A stretch of 51,943 nucleotides of DNA from a virus (Duplodnaviria; Caudoviricetes), in IMG/VR virus record IMGVR_UViG_3300036798_000599, positions 1 through 51,943 of that record; one strand, written 5' to 3'. The notes beneath the pieces are model-generated. The model ran no database searches and was not told the origin of the DNA. It saw nothing but the letters and a program-made list of their open reading frames with translations. Below, in pieces: positions 8,819 through 18,182 of this stretch. The position numbers were made by a program, and so were the translations under genes. Numbering within the stretch: the stretch's first letter is position 1; each line of letters starts with the position of its first letter.

Positions 8819-9521
8819 CCCATCGGTCGTCGCGGTTGGTGGCGCGCACCGCGCGCAGGGTCTCGCGGAAGGACGCCGCGTCGCGGCGGTAGCCCTCGGC
8901 GATCGCGGATGGCGGCCAGGACCACATCCCGGGCCAGTCGGGCGGCCAGGCAAACACATCGGCCGTATCGAGCCACCAGCGCGAAGCACACGGCCATGCG
9001 CCGCGCGCGACCAGCACCACGCGCCGTTCGGTATTGACTAAATCCACCAGCATCGCCCGTTTCATCCCCAGCTGTTCGCCGGCGTTGCGGATTTGGGCGC
9101 GGGCGTTCTCGACTTGAGCGATGGCCTTCAACGCCCGAAATTCGAGCGCTTCGGAGACGGTCGGTTCGGCGATGACGACGTTGAGGAACTGGTAGGAGCT
9201 GGCGGCGACGGTGTCGGGGTCGGTGCCGGCCAGCGCCCCGGGGGCGAGTTCGTAGCCGAGGATGATTTCGGCGGCATCGAGGCGGCGGAAGAGCGGGGCG
9301 TCGTTGTCGGCCATGATGCTGCGCAAGCGGCGGAGCGAGGCGGATCCGGTCGCGGGGGCCTCGACTTGGGCGGCGAGCCGGTCGGCTTCGATCCGGTCCC
9401 AATTGGCTTTGGTGCGGTTATTGGCGTTGTTCGGGTTTTCGTGCCACGCCTTTGATTTCGCCGCGCGGCGTTCGAGGGTTGCTTTTGACGGCGTTACATT
9501 TCTGACCGGAAGAATGGGCAT
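8811..9521 (-). CDS. Hypothetical helical-repeat protein, possible small-terminase-like; candidate target family of the pentamer arrays
   Basis: Two related helical segments (LRSIMADNDAPLFRRLDAAEIIL / FLNVVIAEPTVSEALEFRALKAI) and a Trp/Pro-rich C-terminus; divergent from terL. Confidence 0.55.
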   Translation of the reverse strand: MPILPVRNVTPSKATLERRAAKSKAWHENPNNANNRTKANWDRIEADRLAAQVEAPATGSASLRRLRSIMADNDAPLFRRLDAAEIILGYELAPGALAGTDPDTVAASSYQFLNVVIAEPTVSEALEFRALKAIAQVENARAQIRNAGEQLGMKRAMLVDLVNTERRVVLVARGAWPCASRWWLDTADVFAWPPDWPGMWSWPPSAIAEGYRRDAASFRETLRAVRATNRDDRWDG

Positions 9522-9730
9522 TGCCAACCCATTGATAGTAAACGCCTGATACTACATCTATTGCGCACTCTACCATATCTTGTGCGTATTATGCGCCCAT
9601 CTTCTAACCGGGATGGGGGTAATCATGGGTCCGGATCCGCAACCGGAGACGCCAGGCACATCGGAACCGGCGCCGGAAAGCGACGACGCGCCGGCCGACG
9701 ATGGCACCACCGACACCGAGGGCGACGAGG

Positions 9731-9958
9731 ATGCGGCCTGACCGCGTCCTCGGCCAAGAACGCCTCTATGAGGGCGAGTCGTTCCGCAATCTGACCGAGG
9801 CGCTCAAGGTCGCCGAGAGCTGCGCGCGGCAATTAGCCTTACAGCGTGACGCGCAGTGGTGGATCCTGGTGGCGGCGACGCTCGAGGGGATGCGCGGCCG
9901 GGCGACCAAGCTGATGACGGCGCGGGCGCAGACCCTGATTCATCCGTGGGTGCAGTGA
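9731..9958 (+). CDS. Hypothetical protein upstream of terL
   Basis: ATG 9731; 75 aa helical ORF. Confidence 0.55.
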   Translation: MRPDRVLGQERLYEGESFRNLTEALKVAESCARQLALQRDAQWWILVAATLEGMRGRATKLMTARAQTLIHPWVQ

Positions 9959-9962
9959 ACCC

Positions 9963-11444
9963 GTGAGCGCGCCCGACGACATGGTCGGCTATCTGGCGTC
10001 GTTTAGCCGCGACCCGCTGGGGTTTGTGATGGCGCTCTTCCCGTGGGGCACGGGCGAGCTTGCCGACCGCTACGGTCCCGAGCCGTGGCAGCAGCAGCTG
10101 CTCGACCGCATCGGTAAAGGTCTCAACCCCAAGACCGCCATCCTCGAGGCGATCGCCTCGGGGCACGGGGTCGGGAAGAGCGCCTTGGTCGCCTGGGTGA
10201 TCCTGTGGGCGACGACGACGGCGGTCGACACCAGAGGCGTGGTGACGGCCAACACCGAAACCCAACTCAAAACCAAGACCTGGGCCGAACTCGCCAAGTG
10301 GTTCCGGCTCTTCCTCTACCATGATCTGTTCAAACTGGAGGCGACCTGCCTCTTTGCCCTCGAGGCGAGCCGGCAGAAGACCTGGCGGGTCGACATGGTG
10401 GCGTGGTCGGAGCGCAACCCGGAGGCCTTTGCCGGTCTGCACAACCAGGGTCGCCGGGTCTTTATGATCTACGACGAAGCCTCGGCCATCCCCGACCTGA
10501 TTTTTGAGACGTCGGAAGGGTTCCTCACCGACGAGGACACCGAGCGGCTGTGGCTGATCTGCGGCAACCCGACCCGGGCCTCCGGGCGGTTTCGCGAGGC
10601 GTTTGACAGCCAGCGCTGGCATGTGACGCAGGTCGACGCGCGCGAGGTGAGCTTTACCAACAAGGACCAGATCAAATCCTGGGCCGAGGCCTATGGCGAC
10701 GACAGCGACTTCTTCCGGGTGCGGGTCAAGGGCGTCTTCCCGCGGGTCGGCAGCCAGGAATTTATCCCCTCCTACCTGGTCAACGAGGCCCGGGGTCGCC
10801 CGGCCGAGGCACACGCCTTTGATGCCTGTGTGATGGGCTGCGACATCGCCCGGTTTGGCGACGACGAGACGGTGATCGTGATCCGCAAGGGCCGCGACGC
10901 GCGCTCGATCCCGGCGACCCGGCTGCGCGGCGCCGACACGATGACGGTGGCGGCGCGGATCGTCGAGGTGGCGCAGGCCTACCGCTGCGACGCGGTGTTT
11001 ATCGACGGCACCGGGGTCGGCGGTGGGGTGGTCGACCGCTGCCGGCAGCTGCGCCTCGATGTCATCGATGTGAATTTCGGGAGCCGGCCAAGCGTCATCG
11101 ACCCGCTCGCCCGGGCCGAGAAATACGCCAACAAGCGGGCCGAGATGTGGGGCGCGCTGCGGGCGTGGCTGGCGGTCGGGGCGATCGAGGACGTGCCCGA
11201 ACTGGGGGCGCAGCTGGTGGGCCCGACCTATGGCTACAACGCGCAGGACGCGATCCAGCTGGAGCGCAAGGACGACATGCGGCGGCGCGGGGTGGCGAGC
11301 CCGGACTGGGCCGACGCGCTGGCGCTGACCTTTGCCTGGCCGGTGGCGCCGAACGCCTTTGCTGGTGGCGAGGGTCCGCAGCGCAGCACCATCGAAACTG
11401 ACTACGACCCGTTCGACCCGAAGAACTGGGGCATTGCCGCCTGA
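9963..11444 (+). CDS. terL: Terminase large subunit
   Basis: Walker A SGHGVGKS, Walker B IYDEAS, GNP motif, nuclease motifs GCDIARFGDD, FIDGTGVG and SPDWADALALTF. Confidence 0.95.
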   Translation: MSAPDDMVGYLASFSRDPLGFVMALFPWGTGELADRYGPEPWQQQLLDRIGKGLNPKTAILEAIASGHGVGKSALVAWVILWATTTAVDTRGVVTANTETQLKTKTWAELAKWFRLFLYHDLFKLEATCLFALEASRQKTWRVDMVAWSERNPEAFAGLHNQGRRVFMIYDEASAIPDLIFETSEGFLTDEDTERLWLICGNPTRASGRFREAFDSQRWHVTQVDAREVSFTNKDQIKSWAEAYGDDSDFFRVRVKGVFPRVGSQEFIPSYLVNEARGRPAEAHAFDACVMGCDIARFGDDETVIVIRKGRDARSIPATRLRGADTMTVAARIVEVAQAYRCDAVFIDGTGVGGGVVDRCRQLRLDVIDVNFGSRPSVIDPLARAEKYANKRAEMWGALRAWLAVGAIEDVPELGAQLVGPTYGYNAQDAIQLERKDDMRRRGVASPDWADALALTFAWPVAPNAFAGGEGPQRSTIETDYDPFDPKNWGIAA

Positions 11445-11455
11445 AGGAGCGCTGG

Positions 11456-11677
11456 ATGGCGAAGACCTATTACGGCCAGACCTCGGGCGGATCGCATCCC
11501 CCGACCGAGGCGACCAAGCTGACGACGCCACCGGCCTCCGGGCCGGTGATGTGTTTGGTCTTTATGGGGCACAGCCGCGGCAACGAGTGGCAGTACTCGG
11601 GCGCGGTGAACGGCACGACGACGTTCTACGTGGTCGACAACGGGCCGAGCCTCGGGCGGCAGCGGAGTGCCAGCTGA
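11456..11677 (+). CDS. Hypothetical protein
   Basis: AAGGAG RBS. Confidence 0.6.
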   Translation: MAKTYYGQTSGGSHPPTEATKLTTPPASGPVMCLVFMGHSRGNEWQYSGAVNGTTTFYVVDNGPSLGRQRSAS

Positions 11678-11838
11678 TGGCGAAGTCGCATCCCGGATTC
11701 AAGGCCGCGGCGAGCTCGATCGCCAAGCGTCAGGAGGTCTCGAAGGACCGCGCCGGGGCGATCCTCGCGGCCGGGGCGCGCAACGCCGGCGCGGCGGCGA
11801 AGAAGGCCAACCCGCGCCTGAAGAGGGTCAAGGGATGA
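11677..11838 (+). CDS. Small basic protein (MAKSHPGFKAAASSIAKRQ...)
   Basis: TGATG coupling; 53 aa, Ala/Lys-rich. Confidence 0.65.
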   Translation: MAKSHPGFKAAASSIAKRQEVSKDRAGAILAAGARNAGAAAKKANPRLKRVKG

Positions 11839-12296
11839 GAGCACTGTTCCTGGCGACGAGTTGGGCGATTGCCCTGCTGCTGAACGCCGGCGGCCTCGCC
11901 TGGGGCCAGGGCTTCAATGCCGTCGTCGTCGGGCCGTCCTCGCCCAACGGTCCCGCGGTCGGGCTGGTGCCACAGACCGGGATCGGGGCCGCCGCCGACA
12001 CGCTGCTCGCGCAGCCCGGCAATGTGTACGGCGTCTATGCGGCCAACCGCACCGCCACCGCGGGCTTCCTCATCCTCTACAACGCCACGGTGGCCCCGGC
12101 GCCGGGCACGCTCACCGCCAATCTTGTGCTGGGTTGCGCGGCGCTCCCGGCCTCCGGGACCGGCTACCTCAATTTTGCCCCCGGTCCACCGCTGCGGGCG
12201 TCGATCGGCGCCGTTGCCCTGGTGTCGTCGGGCGCCAACTGCGTCACCTACACCACCGGCACGATCACCGCCGACATCTTTGGTTCAGCGCTATGA
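11835..12296 (+). CDS. Hypothetical beta-rich protein with signal-peptide-like N-terminus
   Basis: MRALFLATSWAIALLLNAGGLAWG-Q. Confidence 0.6.
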   Translation: MRALFLATSWAIALLLNAGGLAWGQGFNAVVVGPSSPNGPAVGLVPQTGIGAAADTLLAQPGNVYGVYAANRTATAGFLILYNATVAPAPGTLTANLVLGCAALPASGTGYLNFAPGPPLRASIGAVALVSSGANCVTYTTGTITADIFGSAL

Positions 12297-12306
12297 GGAG
12301 AATCCG

Positions 12307-12582
12307 ATGAAAGGTCATGTGGGTGAACTGAACAAGCACTCGAAGCAGTTCGGCGGGTCGAAGACTGACGGCGGTCAGGTCCGCATCCACCATACCGTGG
12401 AGGGCGACCGGCGCAACGGGGTCAATGACCGGCGCGATTACAAGTCGCCGCTCGGCAACACCGACGAGGGCTACTCGACCGGCAACGAAATCGTCCAGGA
12501 GGCGCGCAACCGGGCGCAGACCCCGATCAGCCGATCGGGGGTGCTCGACCGCTTCCACAACGGCGGCAAGGGTCCGATCTGA
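12307..12582 (+). CDS. Hypothetical protein
   Basis: GAGGAG RBS, ATG 12307. Confidence 0.6.
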   Translation: MKGHVGELNKHSKQFGGSKTDGGQVRIHHTVEGDRRNGVNDRRDYKSPLGNTDEGYSTGNEIVQEARNRAQTPISRSGVLDRFHNGGKGPI

Positions 12583-12791
12583 TGTTCGGAGGGGGTTCGG
12601 CGCCCGCCCCGCCACCACCACCACCACCGCCGCCCAACCCGCCGACCTATGCGAGCGCGGCGTTCAACCCGCCCTCAACGACGGGCCAGGCGCCGGCCGG
12701 TCTGTTCCAGTCCTCCATCCTGAATGTCGGCGGCGCCATGGGTGCGCCGTCGGCGGGCGCGACCCAACGCAAGCAACTCTTTGGAGCGTGA
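12582..12791 (+). CDS. Pro-rich small virion-associated protein (pre-portal)
   Basis: MFGGGSAPAPPPPPPPP...KQLFGA, a pattern common upstream of podovirus portals. Confidence 0.6.
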   Translation: MFGGGSAPAPPPPPPPPPNPPTYASAAFNPPSTTGQAPAGLFQSSILNVGGAMGAPSAGATQRKQLFGA

Positions 12792-12795
12792 CGCG

Positions 12796-13437
12796 ATGTT
12801 TGGCGGGTGTCTCGAGGTGCATGCCGGGCGCGGGCGGATCACCTGGCGCGAGGTGCCGGCCGAGTACGTGCTGGTCTTCGCGATGGCGACGCTCGGCACC
12901 CGCTATGTCGACCCGCTCCTGGATATCAATCTCCAGGGGCTCGCCGAGACCGGCCGCTGGCTGATCCCGTTTCACGTGGTGACCGCCGAACCCGCCGGGC
13001 TGCAGTGCGAACACTTTGCCAAGACCGTCGGGTTGCGCACCAGGGGGCCGACCATGGTCGCCTGGGAACCGGCCTTTGGCGCCGCCGACCCGGCGCCGCC
13101 GCCGGTGATCGAGGACGTCATCCACTGGCTGGAGACCGCGACCGGGCGGTTGCCGATCGTGCGCGCCGTGCGGGTGCCGGAGACCGCGCTGATGCGCGAC
13201 TGCCCGCGCATGGTGTCGCCCTCGCCCGACCACCCAAAGGGACCGTGGTGGTTCTGGCAGCAACCCCGCACCGACGTGATGCCGGGCATCACCGGCGGGC
13301 GGGCCGATCATGTGTGGTGGAACGGGACTCAAGATGAACTGGAACCCTTTTACCGCTCGGGCCAGCTACCTCGCGGTGGCGCTGGTGCTGCTGCTGATCC
13401 TGGCGGCGGTGCTGATATGGCTGATCCTGTGAGTTAA
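12796..13437 (+). CDS. Divergent GH25 lysozyme-like protein
   Basis: Motif order matches GH25 (ITW, AT.G..YVDP, FH, WE, TGRLPI, WWFWQ, PGI.G.AD..WNG) but with atypical catalytic residues. Confidence 0.6.
   Translation: MFGGCLEVHAGRGRITWREVPAEYVLVFAMATLGTRYVDPLLDINLQGLAETGRWLIPFHVVTAEPAGLQCEHFAKTVGLRTRGPTMVAWEPAFGAADPAPPPVIEDVIHWLETATGRLPIVRAVRVPETALMRDCPRMVSPSPDHPKGPWWFWQQPRTDVMPGITGGRADHVWWNGTQDELEPFYRSGQLPRGGAGAAADPGGGADMADPVS
13334..13432 (+). CDS. Nested 32-aa single-TM ORF (holin/lysis accessory candidate)
   Basis: MNWNPFTARASYLAVALVLLLILAAVLIWLIL in an alternative frame of the GH25-like 3' end. Confidence 0.4.
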   Translation: MNWNPFTARASYLAVALVLLLILAAVLIWLIL

Positions 13438-13440
13438 GAC

Positions 13441-15129
13441 GTGGCATCGATCGACGACTATAGGACCTACCTCGATTCGAAGCTCGCGGGCATGCGGATC
13501 CGCCGCTATTCGTGGTGGTTGCACTGGCGCGAGCTCGCCGACTTTATCCTGCCGCGGCGCTACCGCTGGCTGGTGATCACCAACCAGTGGAACCGCGGGT
13601 CGCCGATCAACCAGAACATCGTCGACAGCACGGGGACGCTGGCGGCCCGGGTGCTGGCCTCGGGGATGATGGCGGGGATCACCAGTCCGACCCGCCCGTG
13701 GTTCAAGTTCAGCATCCAGAACATGGAGGACGATCTCACCGTCGCCGCCTGGCTCTCAGAGTGCGAGCGGCGGATGATGGCGGTGTTCCAGGAGTCGAAC
13801 TTCTATTCGGCGATGGGGGTGATGTATTTCGACCTCGTGGTCTTCGGCACCGCGGCGGTGATCATCTACGATGACTTTGAGAACGTCATCCAGCTATACA
13901 ATCCCTGCGCTGGCGAGTACTTCCTCGAGCAGGACGAACGCTTCACGATAAACAACCTGGCGCGCGAGTTCACTTTGACCCACCGCCAGATCGCCGACAT
14001 GTTCGGGATCGACAACGTCACCGACGACGTCAAGCAGTCGGTCAATTCGACCAAAAACCCGGGCATGAGCGGGCAGCAGAGCCACGAGAAGCTGGTGATG
14101 CACCTGATCGAGCCCAACACCGGCTTTCCCGGTCTGGTGCCGAAGCGCTTCCCGTTTCGCGAGGCCTATTGGGAGTGGGGCAGCCCGCGCGACAAGCTCT
14201 TACGGGTCAAGGGGTTCTACGAGTGGCCGGGGATGTGCCCGCGCTGGGACGTGACGGCGAACGACCCCTACGGCCGTAGCCCGGGAATGGACGCGCTCGG
14301 CGATATCAAGCAGCTGCAGCAGGAGACCCGGCGCAAGGCGCAGGCGATCGACAAGATGGTCAACCCGCCGATGATCGCGGATGTCCAGCTGAAGAACCAG
14401 CCGGCCTCGACGATCCCGGGCGGCTGGACCTATGTCGCCGGGCTCGACAACCAGCGGGTCGGGGCGAAGCCGCTCTACACGGTGATGCCGCCGATCGCCG
14501 AGATGAAGCAGGACATCGCCGAGGTTCAGTCGCGCATCAAGATCACCTTCCACAATGATCTCTTCACCGGGATCAGCGACCTCACCACGGTGCGCACCGC
14601 GACCGAGATCGACGCCCGGCGCGAGGAGAAGCTGGTGCTGCTCGGCCCCGTCCTCGAGCGCATCCTCGGTGAGGGGCTCGGCAAGGCGATCGACCGCACC
14701 TGGGGGATCATGGAACGCGGCCGGCTGCTGCCGCCGCCGCCGCCGCAGCTGCGCAACATGCCGACCCATGTCCAGGTCGACTACATCTCGATGCTGGCGC
14801 TGGCGCAGCGCGGCATCGCGACAGCGGGGATCGAAAAATTGTGGGGGTTTGCCGGCAGCCTCGCTGCGGTGAAACCCGGCGTGCTCGACAATCTCGACGA
14901 GGACGCGACGATCGACGAATACGCCGAGGCGCTGGGGGTGAGCCCCAAGCTGCTGCGCGACCCCAAGGTGGTGGCGCAGATGCGGCAGCGGCAGGCGCAG
15001 GCGGCACAACAGCAGCAGGGCGCACAGCTCGGCACCGCTGCGGTGCAGGGCGCGCAGACGCTGAGCCAAACCGATGTCGGCGGCGGCCAGAACGCGCTGC
15101 AGCTGATGCTCGGCCGGGAGGCGGCGTGA
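13441..15129 (+). CDS. Portal (head-tail connector), BPP-1/T7-like
   Basis: LASGMMAGITSPTRPWF, FGTA, YGRSPGMDAL, RTATEIDARREEK..LGPVLER. Confidence 0.93.
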   Translation: MASIDDYRTYLDSKLAGMRIRRYSWWLHWRELADFILPRRYRWLVITNQWNRGSPINQNIVDSTGTLAARVLASGMMAGITSPTRPWFKFSIQNMEDDLTVAAWLSECERRMMAVFQESNFYSAMGVMYFDLVVFGTAAVIIYDDFENVIQLYNPCAGEYFLEQDERFTINNLAREFTLTHRQIADMFGIDNVTDDVKQSVNSTKNPGMSGQQSHEKLVMHLIEPNTGFPGLVPKRFPFREAYWEWGSPRDKLLRVKGFYEWPGMCPRWDVTANDPYGRSPGMDALGDIKQLQQETRRKAQAIDKMVNPPMIADVQLKNQPASTIPGGWTYVAGLDNQRVGAKPLYTVMPPIAEMKQDIAEVQSRIKITFHNDLFTGISDLTTVRTATEIDARREEKLVLLGPVLERILGEGLGKAIDRTWGIMERGRLLPPPPPQLRNMPTHVQVDYISMLALAQRGIATAGIEKLWGFAGSLAAVKPGVLDNLDEDATIDEYAEALGVSPKLLRDPKVVAQMRQRQAQAAQQQQGAQLGTAAVQGAQTLSQTDVGGGQNALQLMLGREAA

Positions 15130-15130
15130 C

Positions 15131-15511
15131 ATGGCGCGCTCGGCAAGAAACCAGAACGAGCAGAAGGAAGCCCGGATGCGGGCCCAACGTGAATTTCTGG
15201 CTCGAACGCTCTCCGATCCGGTCGGCCGCGACTTCTTCTACAATTTTATCTTCCTGTTTTGCGGCATTCACCAGAGCTACCTGTCTGGCGATCTCGTTCA
15301 GATGGCGCATCAGGAAGGCATTCGATACGTCGGCGCCTCGCTTGCTGACCAATTTCGCGAAGCCTCCCCCGACCTCTTTTTGCAGATGCTGAAGGAAGCC
15401 ACCCATGGCCGCCAATCCCTCACCCGAACCGACACCTGGAGCGTCGGCAACGGACACGACACCGCCGCCAGTGACACCGACGACGGAGCCGACGCCAGCG
15501 CCAACTGCTGA
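15131..15511 (+). CDS. Small post-portal protein (Bbp19-like)
   Basis: LSDPVGRDFF...MAHQEGIRYVG motif; position after the portal. Confidence 0.7.
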   Translation: MARSARNQNEQKEARMRAQREFLARTLSDPVGRDFFYNFIFLFCGIHQSYLSGDLVQMAHQEGIRYVGASLADQFREASPDLFLQMLKEATHGRQSLTRTDTWSVGNGHDTAASDTDDGADASANC

Positions 15512-16079
15512 CGGCGCGCCGGGTTCGGTCCTCGGCGACGCGCCACCGGTCGTCGATGCGTTCGAGCCTGAGAAGCTCACCATGCCGGAGGGCTTCGACG
15601 CCACCGGCGACGGGTTCGAGGAGTTCAAAACACTGATGAAGGATTCTGGCTACAGCCAGAAGAGTGCTCAGGGTCTGGTCGATCTCTACGCGAAGAGCCT
15701 CAATGCCGCGCTCAAGTCCCAGTTTGATGGCTGGCACAAGCAGCAAGGCGACTGGCAGCGCGAGATCGAGGCCGACCCTGAGTTGGGGGGAAGCAATCTC
15801 GCCGGTGTCAAGCAGACGGTCTCCCGGGTGCTCGACAACCCCGAATTGTCGGATCCCAAGTTCCGTGAAGCGCTCGTCTTCACCGGCGCCGGCAACAACC
15901 CCGCCGTCGTGCGCACCCTCTACCGCTGGGCCAAGGGCCTCAGCGAGGGCGGCGCCATCGCGGGTGGCCCGGCGGCCCGGAACCGGGACGGGTCGGTGAA
16001 CGGGGAACGCCCGTCGATCGCCCAGGCGATGTACGGGCCCGACGGTCCGATTTCCGGGACTCCCAACTTGAGAGGCTGA
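15405..16079 (+). CDS. Capsid scaffolding/assembly protein
   Basis: Pro/Thr-rich N-terminus, ADPELGG, GAGNNPAVVR; directly before the capsid gene. Confidence 0.8.
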   Translation: MAANPSPEPTPGASATDTTPPPVTPTTEPTPAPTADGAPGSVLGDAPPVVDAFEPEKLTMPEGFDATGDGFEEFKTLMKDSGYSQKSAQGLVDLYAKSLNAALKSQFDGWHKQQGDWQREIEADPELGGSNLAGVKQTVSRVLDNPELSDPKFREALVFTGAGNNPAVVRTLYRWAKGLSEGGAIAGGPAARNRDGSVNGERPSIAQAMYGPDGPISGTPNLRG

Positions 16080-16080
16080 C

Positions 16081-17124
16081 ATGGCTACACTTGGCACCAC
16101 CGCCCTCACCTATGCCGACTGGGCAAAGCGGCTGGATGACGGCGGCAAAGTCGACGGCATCATCGAACTGCTCTCGCAAACCAACGAGATCCTGCTCGAC
16201 ATGCTGGTCGAAGAAGGCAATCTGCCCACCGGTCACAAGACCACCGTGCGCAACGGCCTGCCGCAAGCGGCCTGGCGCATGCTCAATTATGGCGTTCCCA
16301 ACGCCAAGTCGCAGACCTCCCAGGTCGTCGACACCTGCGGCAACCTCGAGAGTTATGCCGTCATCGACAAGGACATCGCCGACCTCAACGGCAACACGGC
16401 GTCGTTCCGCATGTCCGAGGCGATGGGTTTTCTCGAGGGTATGAACCAGCAGATGGCGACCACCGTCTGGTACGGGAACACCATCACCAACCCCGAGCGG
16501 TTTGGCGGGTTCAGCCCGCGCTACCCCTCGGTGCTAACGACGACGTCGCAGACCGCGGCCAATGTCATCGACGGCGGCGGCACGGCCGGCAGCAACACCT
16601 CGCTCTGGGTGGTGACGTGGGGGCCAAACACCTGCCACGGCATCTTCCCTAAGGGCAAGATCAGTGGGCTGCAGCACCGCGACATGGGTGAATGGCCGGT
16701 CTCCGATATCAACGGCAATACCTACCAGGCCTACCGCGATCACTTCAAATGGGAGCTTGGCCTGTCGGTGCGGGATTGGCGCTACACCGCCCGCCTCTGC
16801 AACATCGACGTGACCCTGCTCTCGGGCGTCAATGCGGCCAACCTGATCAACTCGATTGTGCGGCTGCTCTACCGCATGCCGACCACCGCACCGATGGCGA
16901 CCGGAGTGCAGACCTCCGACGCGCCGACGGTCCAGGGCTCGATGGGCCGCACGGTCATCTACTGCAACCGTGTGGTCCGCACCTATCTCGACCTGCAGGC
17001 GATGAACAAGACCAACGTCCTGCTCGAGCTGCGCCAGTTCGACGGCGAGGTGGTCACCACCTTTCGCGGCATCCCGGTGAGGACGTCTGACGCGCTCCTC
17101 AACACCGAAGCCCGTCTTGTCTAA
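16081..17124 (+). CDS. Major capsid protein (epsilon15/BPP-1 type)
   Basis: LTYADWAKRLD..IIELLSQTNEIL..GN.PTGHKTTVR.GLP; RDWRY..R..NID; FRGIPVR.SDALLNTEARL. Confidence 0.95.
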   Translation: MATLGTTALTYADWAKRLDDGGKVDGIIELLSQTNEILLDMLVEEGNLPTGHKTTVRNGLPQAAWRMLNYGVPNAKSQTSQVVDTCGNLESYAVIDKDIADLNGNTASFRMSEAMGFLEGMNQQMATTVWYGNTITNPERFGGFSPRYPSVLTTTSQTAANVIDGGGTAGSNTSLWVVTWGPNTCHGIFPKGKISGLQHRDMGEWPVSDINGNTYQAYRDHFKWELGLSVRDWRYTARLCNIDVTLLSGVNAANLINSIVRLLYRMPTTAPMATGVQTSDAPTVQGSMGRTVIYCNRVVRTYLDLQAMNKTNVLLELRQFDGEVVTTFRGIPVRTSDALLNTEARLV

Positions 17125-17135
17125 GGAGACCTCAG

Positions 17136-17636
17136 ATGATCCTTGATGGAGCCCTTCAATTCACCGGCACCGCAGGCAACACCGCGGCTATGGTGGACAG
17201 CCCGACCACCGGCACCCAGCAGTCGACCAATGTCATCGACCTCGTGTCCGCGCGTGACATGGGGATCGGCGACGACCCGGCGATCAAGCTGCTGGTGCAA
17301 ATCATGACCGCCCTGACTGGCGGCACCTCGATCGATGTGCAGCTGCAGGGAGCGCCCGATAACGGCTCGGGTCTCCCCGGCACCTACACGACGATGTGGG
17401 ACTCGGGGGTGATCCTCGAGGCCGACCTGTTGGCCGGCCGCTACATCGCCAATGTCGACCTGCCGCGGATCTGGCTGCCGTCGCCGTACCAACCCGGCAA
17501 GCAGGTGCTGCCGCGCTTCTTGCGGCTGCAGTACGTCAATGCCGGGACGCACGGCGCGGGGACCCTGTTCGGCGCGCTCGTGCTCGACCGGCAGGACCAG
17601 ATCTCCTATCCGCCCGGCGTCGTCATCGCCAACTAG
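17136..17636 (+). CDS. Capsid cement protein (Bbp16-like)
   Basis: MILD..LQF, STNVIDL..RDMG.G, RFLRLQY; follows the capsid gene. Confidence 0.85.
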   Translation: MILDGALQFTGTAGNTAAMVDSPTTGTQQSTNVIDLVSARDMGIGDDPAIKLLVQIMTALTGGTSIDVQLQGAPDNGSGLPGTYTTMWDSGVILEADLLAGRYIANVDLPRIWLPSPYQPGKQVLPRFLRLQYVNAGTHGAGTLFGALVLDRQDQISYPPGVVIAN

Positions 17637-17647
17637 GGAGGTTCTCC

Positions 17648-18142
17648 ATGGCAACGACATCAAGCCCGCCCAGCGACCAGGCCCCCAAGCCGACGGCACC
17701 ACCGGCTGCCACGCCGGCTGCGCCACCGGCCGACAGCGGCAAGTACCGGCTGCTCGCGCCGCATATCATCGACGGTGCGTGGCTGCCGATGGGCACCGAG
17801 GTCGGCACCGGCACGCCCTACCGCTACCCCGGGCAACCCACCACGCAAATGATGGGCCTCGACGACCAGGGAAAGGCGGCAGTCGACAAGCTGTTCCAGG
17901 ATCACTATGGCATGAAGGCGCCGTGGGACGACCCGACGGTGTCGCCCTTCGACCAGATGGTCGCCGACCCGAAGCTGGTAGACGCCGAGCAGAAGAGCGA
18001 TCCCGTGTCCTACCAGCAGGCGCTGGAGAAAGGGGCGAAGGACTACGCCGGGAAGCCGGTGACGGGCCCTTTGCCACCACCCTCGCCGACGCCGCTAAGC
18101 GGTGATCATTCGATCTATGTCGGCACGGCGCGGATGGCCTGA
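17648..18142 (+). CDS. Hypothetical virion-module protein (paralog of 18247-18702)
   Basis: GGAGG RBS; shares KYRL..H....WLP..GT.VG.GTPY....PT..M..LDD..K. Confidence 0.65.
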   Translation: MATTSSPPSDQAPKPTAPPAATPAAPPADSGKYRLLAPHIIDGAWLPMGTEVGTGTPYRYPGQPTTQMMGLDDQGKAAVDKLFQDHYGMKAPWDDPTVSPFDQMVADPKLVDAEQKSDPVSYQQALEKGAKDYAGKPVTGPLPPPSPTPLSGDHSIYVGTARMA

Positions 18143-18182
18143 GTTGGGGGACGACCCGCGTTCATAGCGCGGATCGTACTGA

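Noticed and set aside
9804-11531. 575-aa antisense ORF over terL, and similar long antisense ORFs over portal, nozzle and ejection genes
   Set aside because: These are shadow ORFs caused by high GC3 codon bias; they have no recognisable motifs.
12600-12645. CCA/CCG trinucleotide run
   Set aside because: It encodes the poly-proline tract of a small virion protein and is not a separate element.
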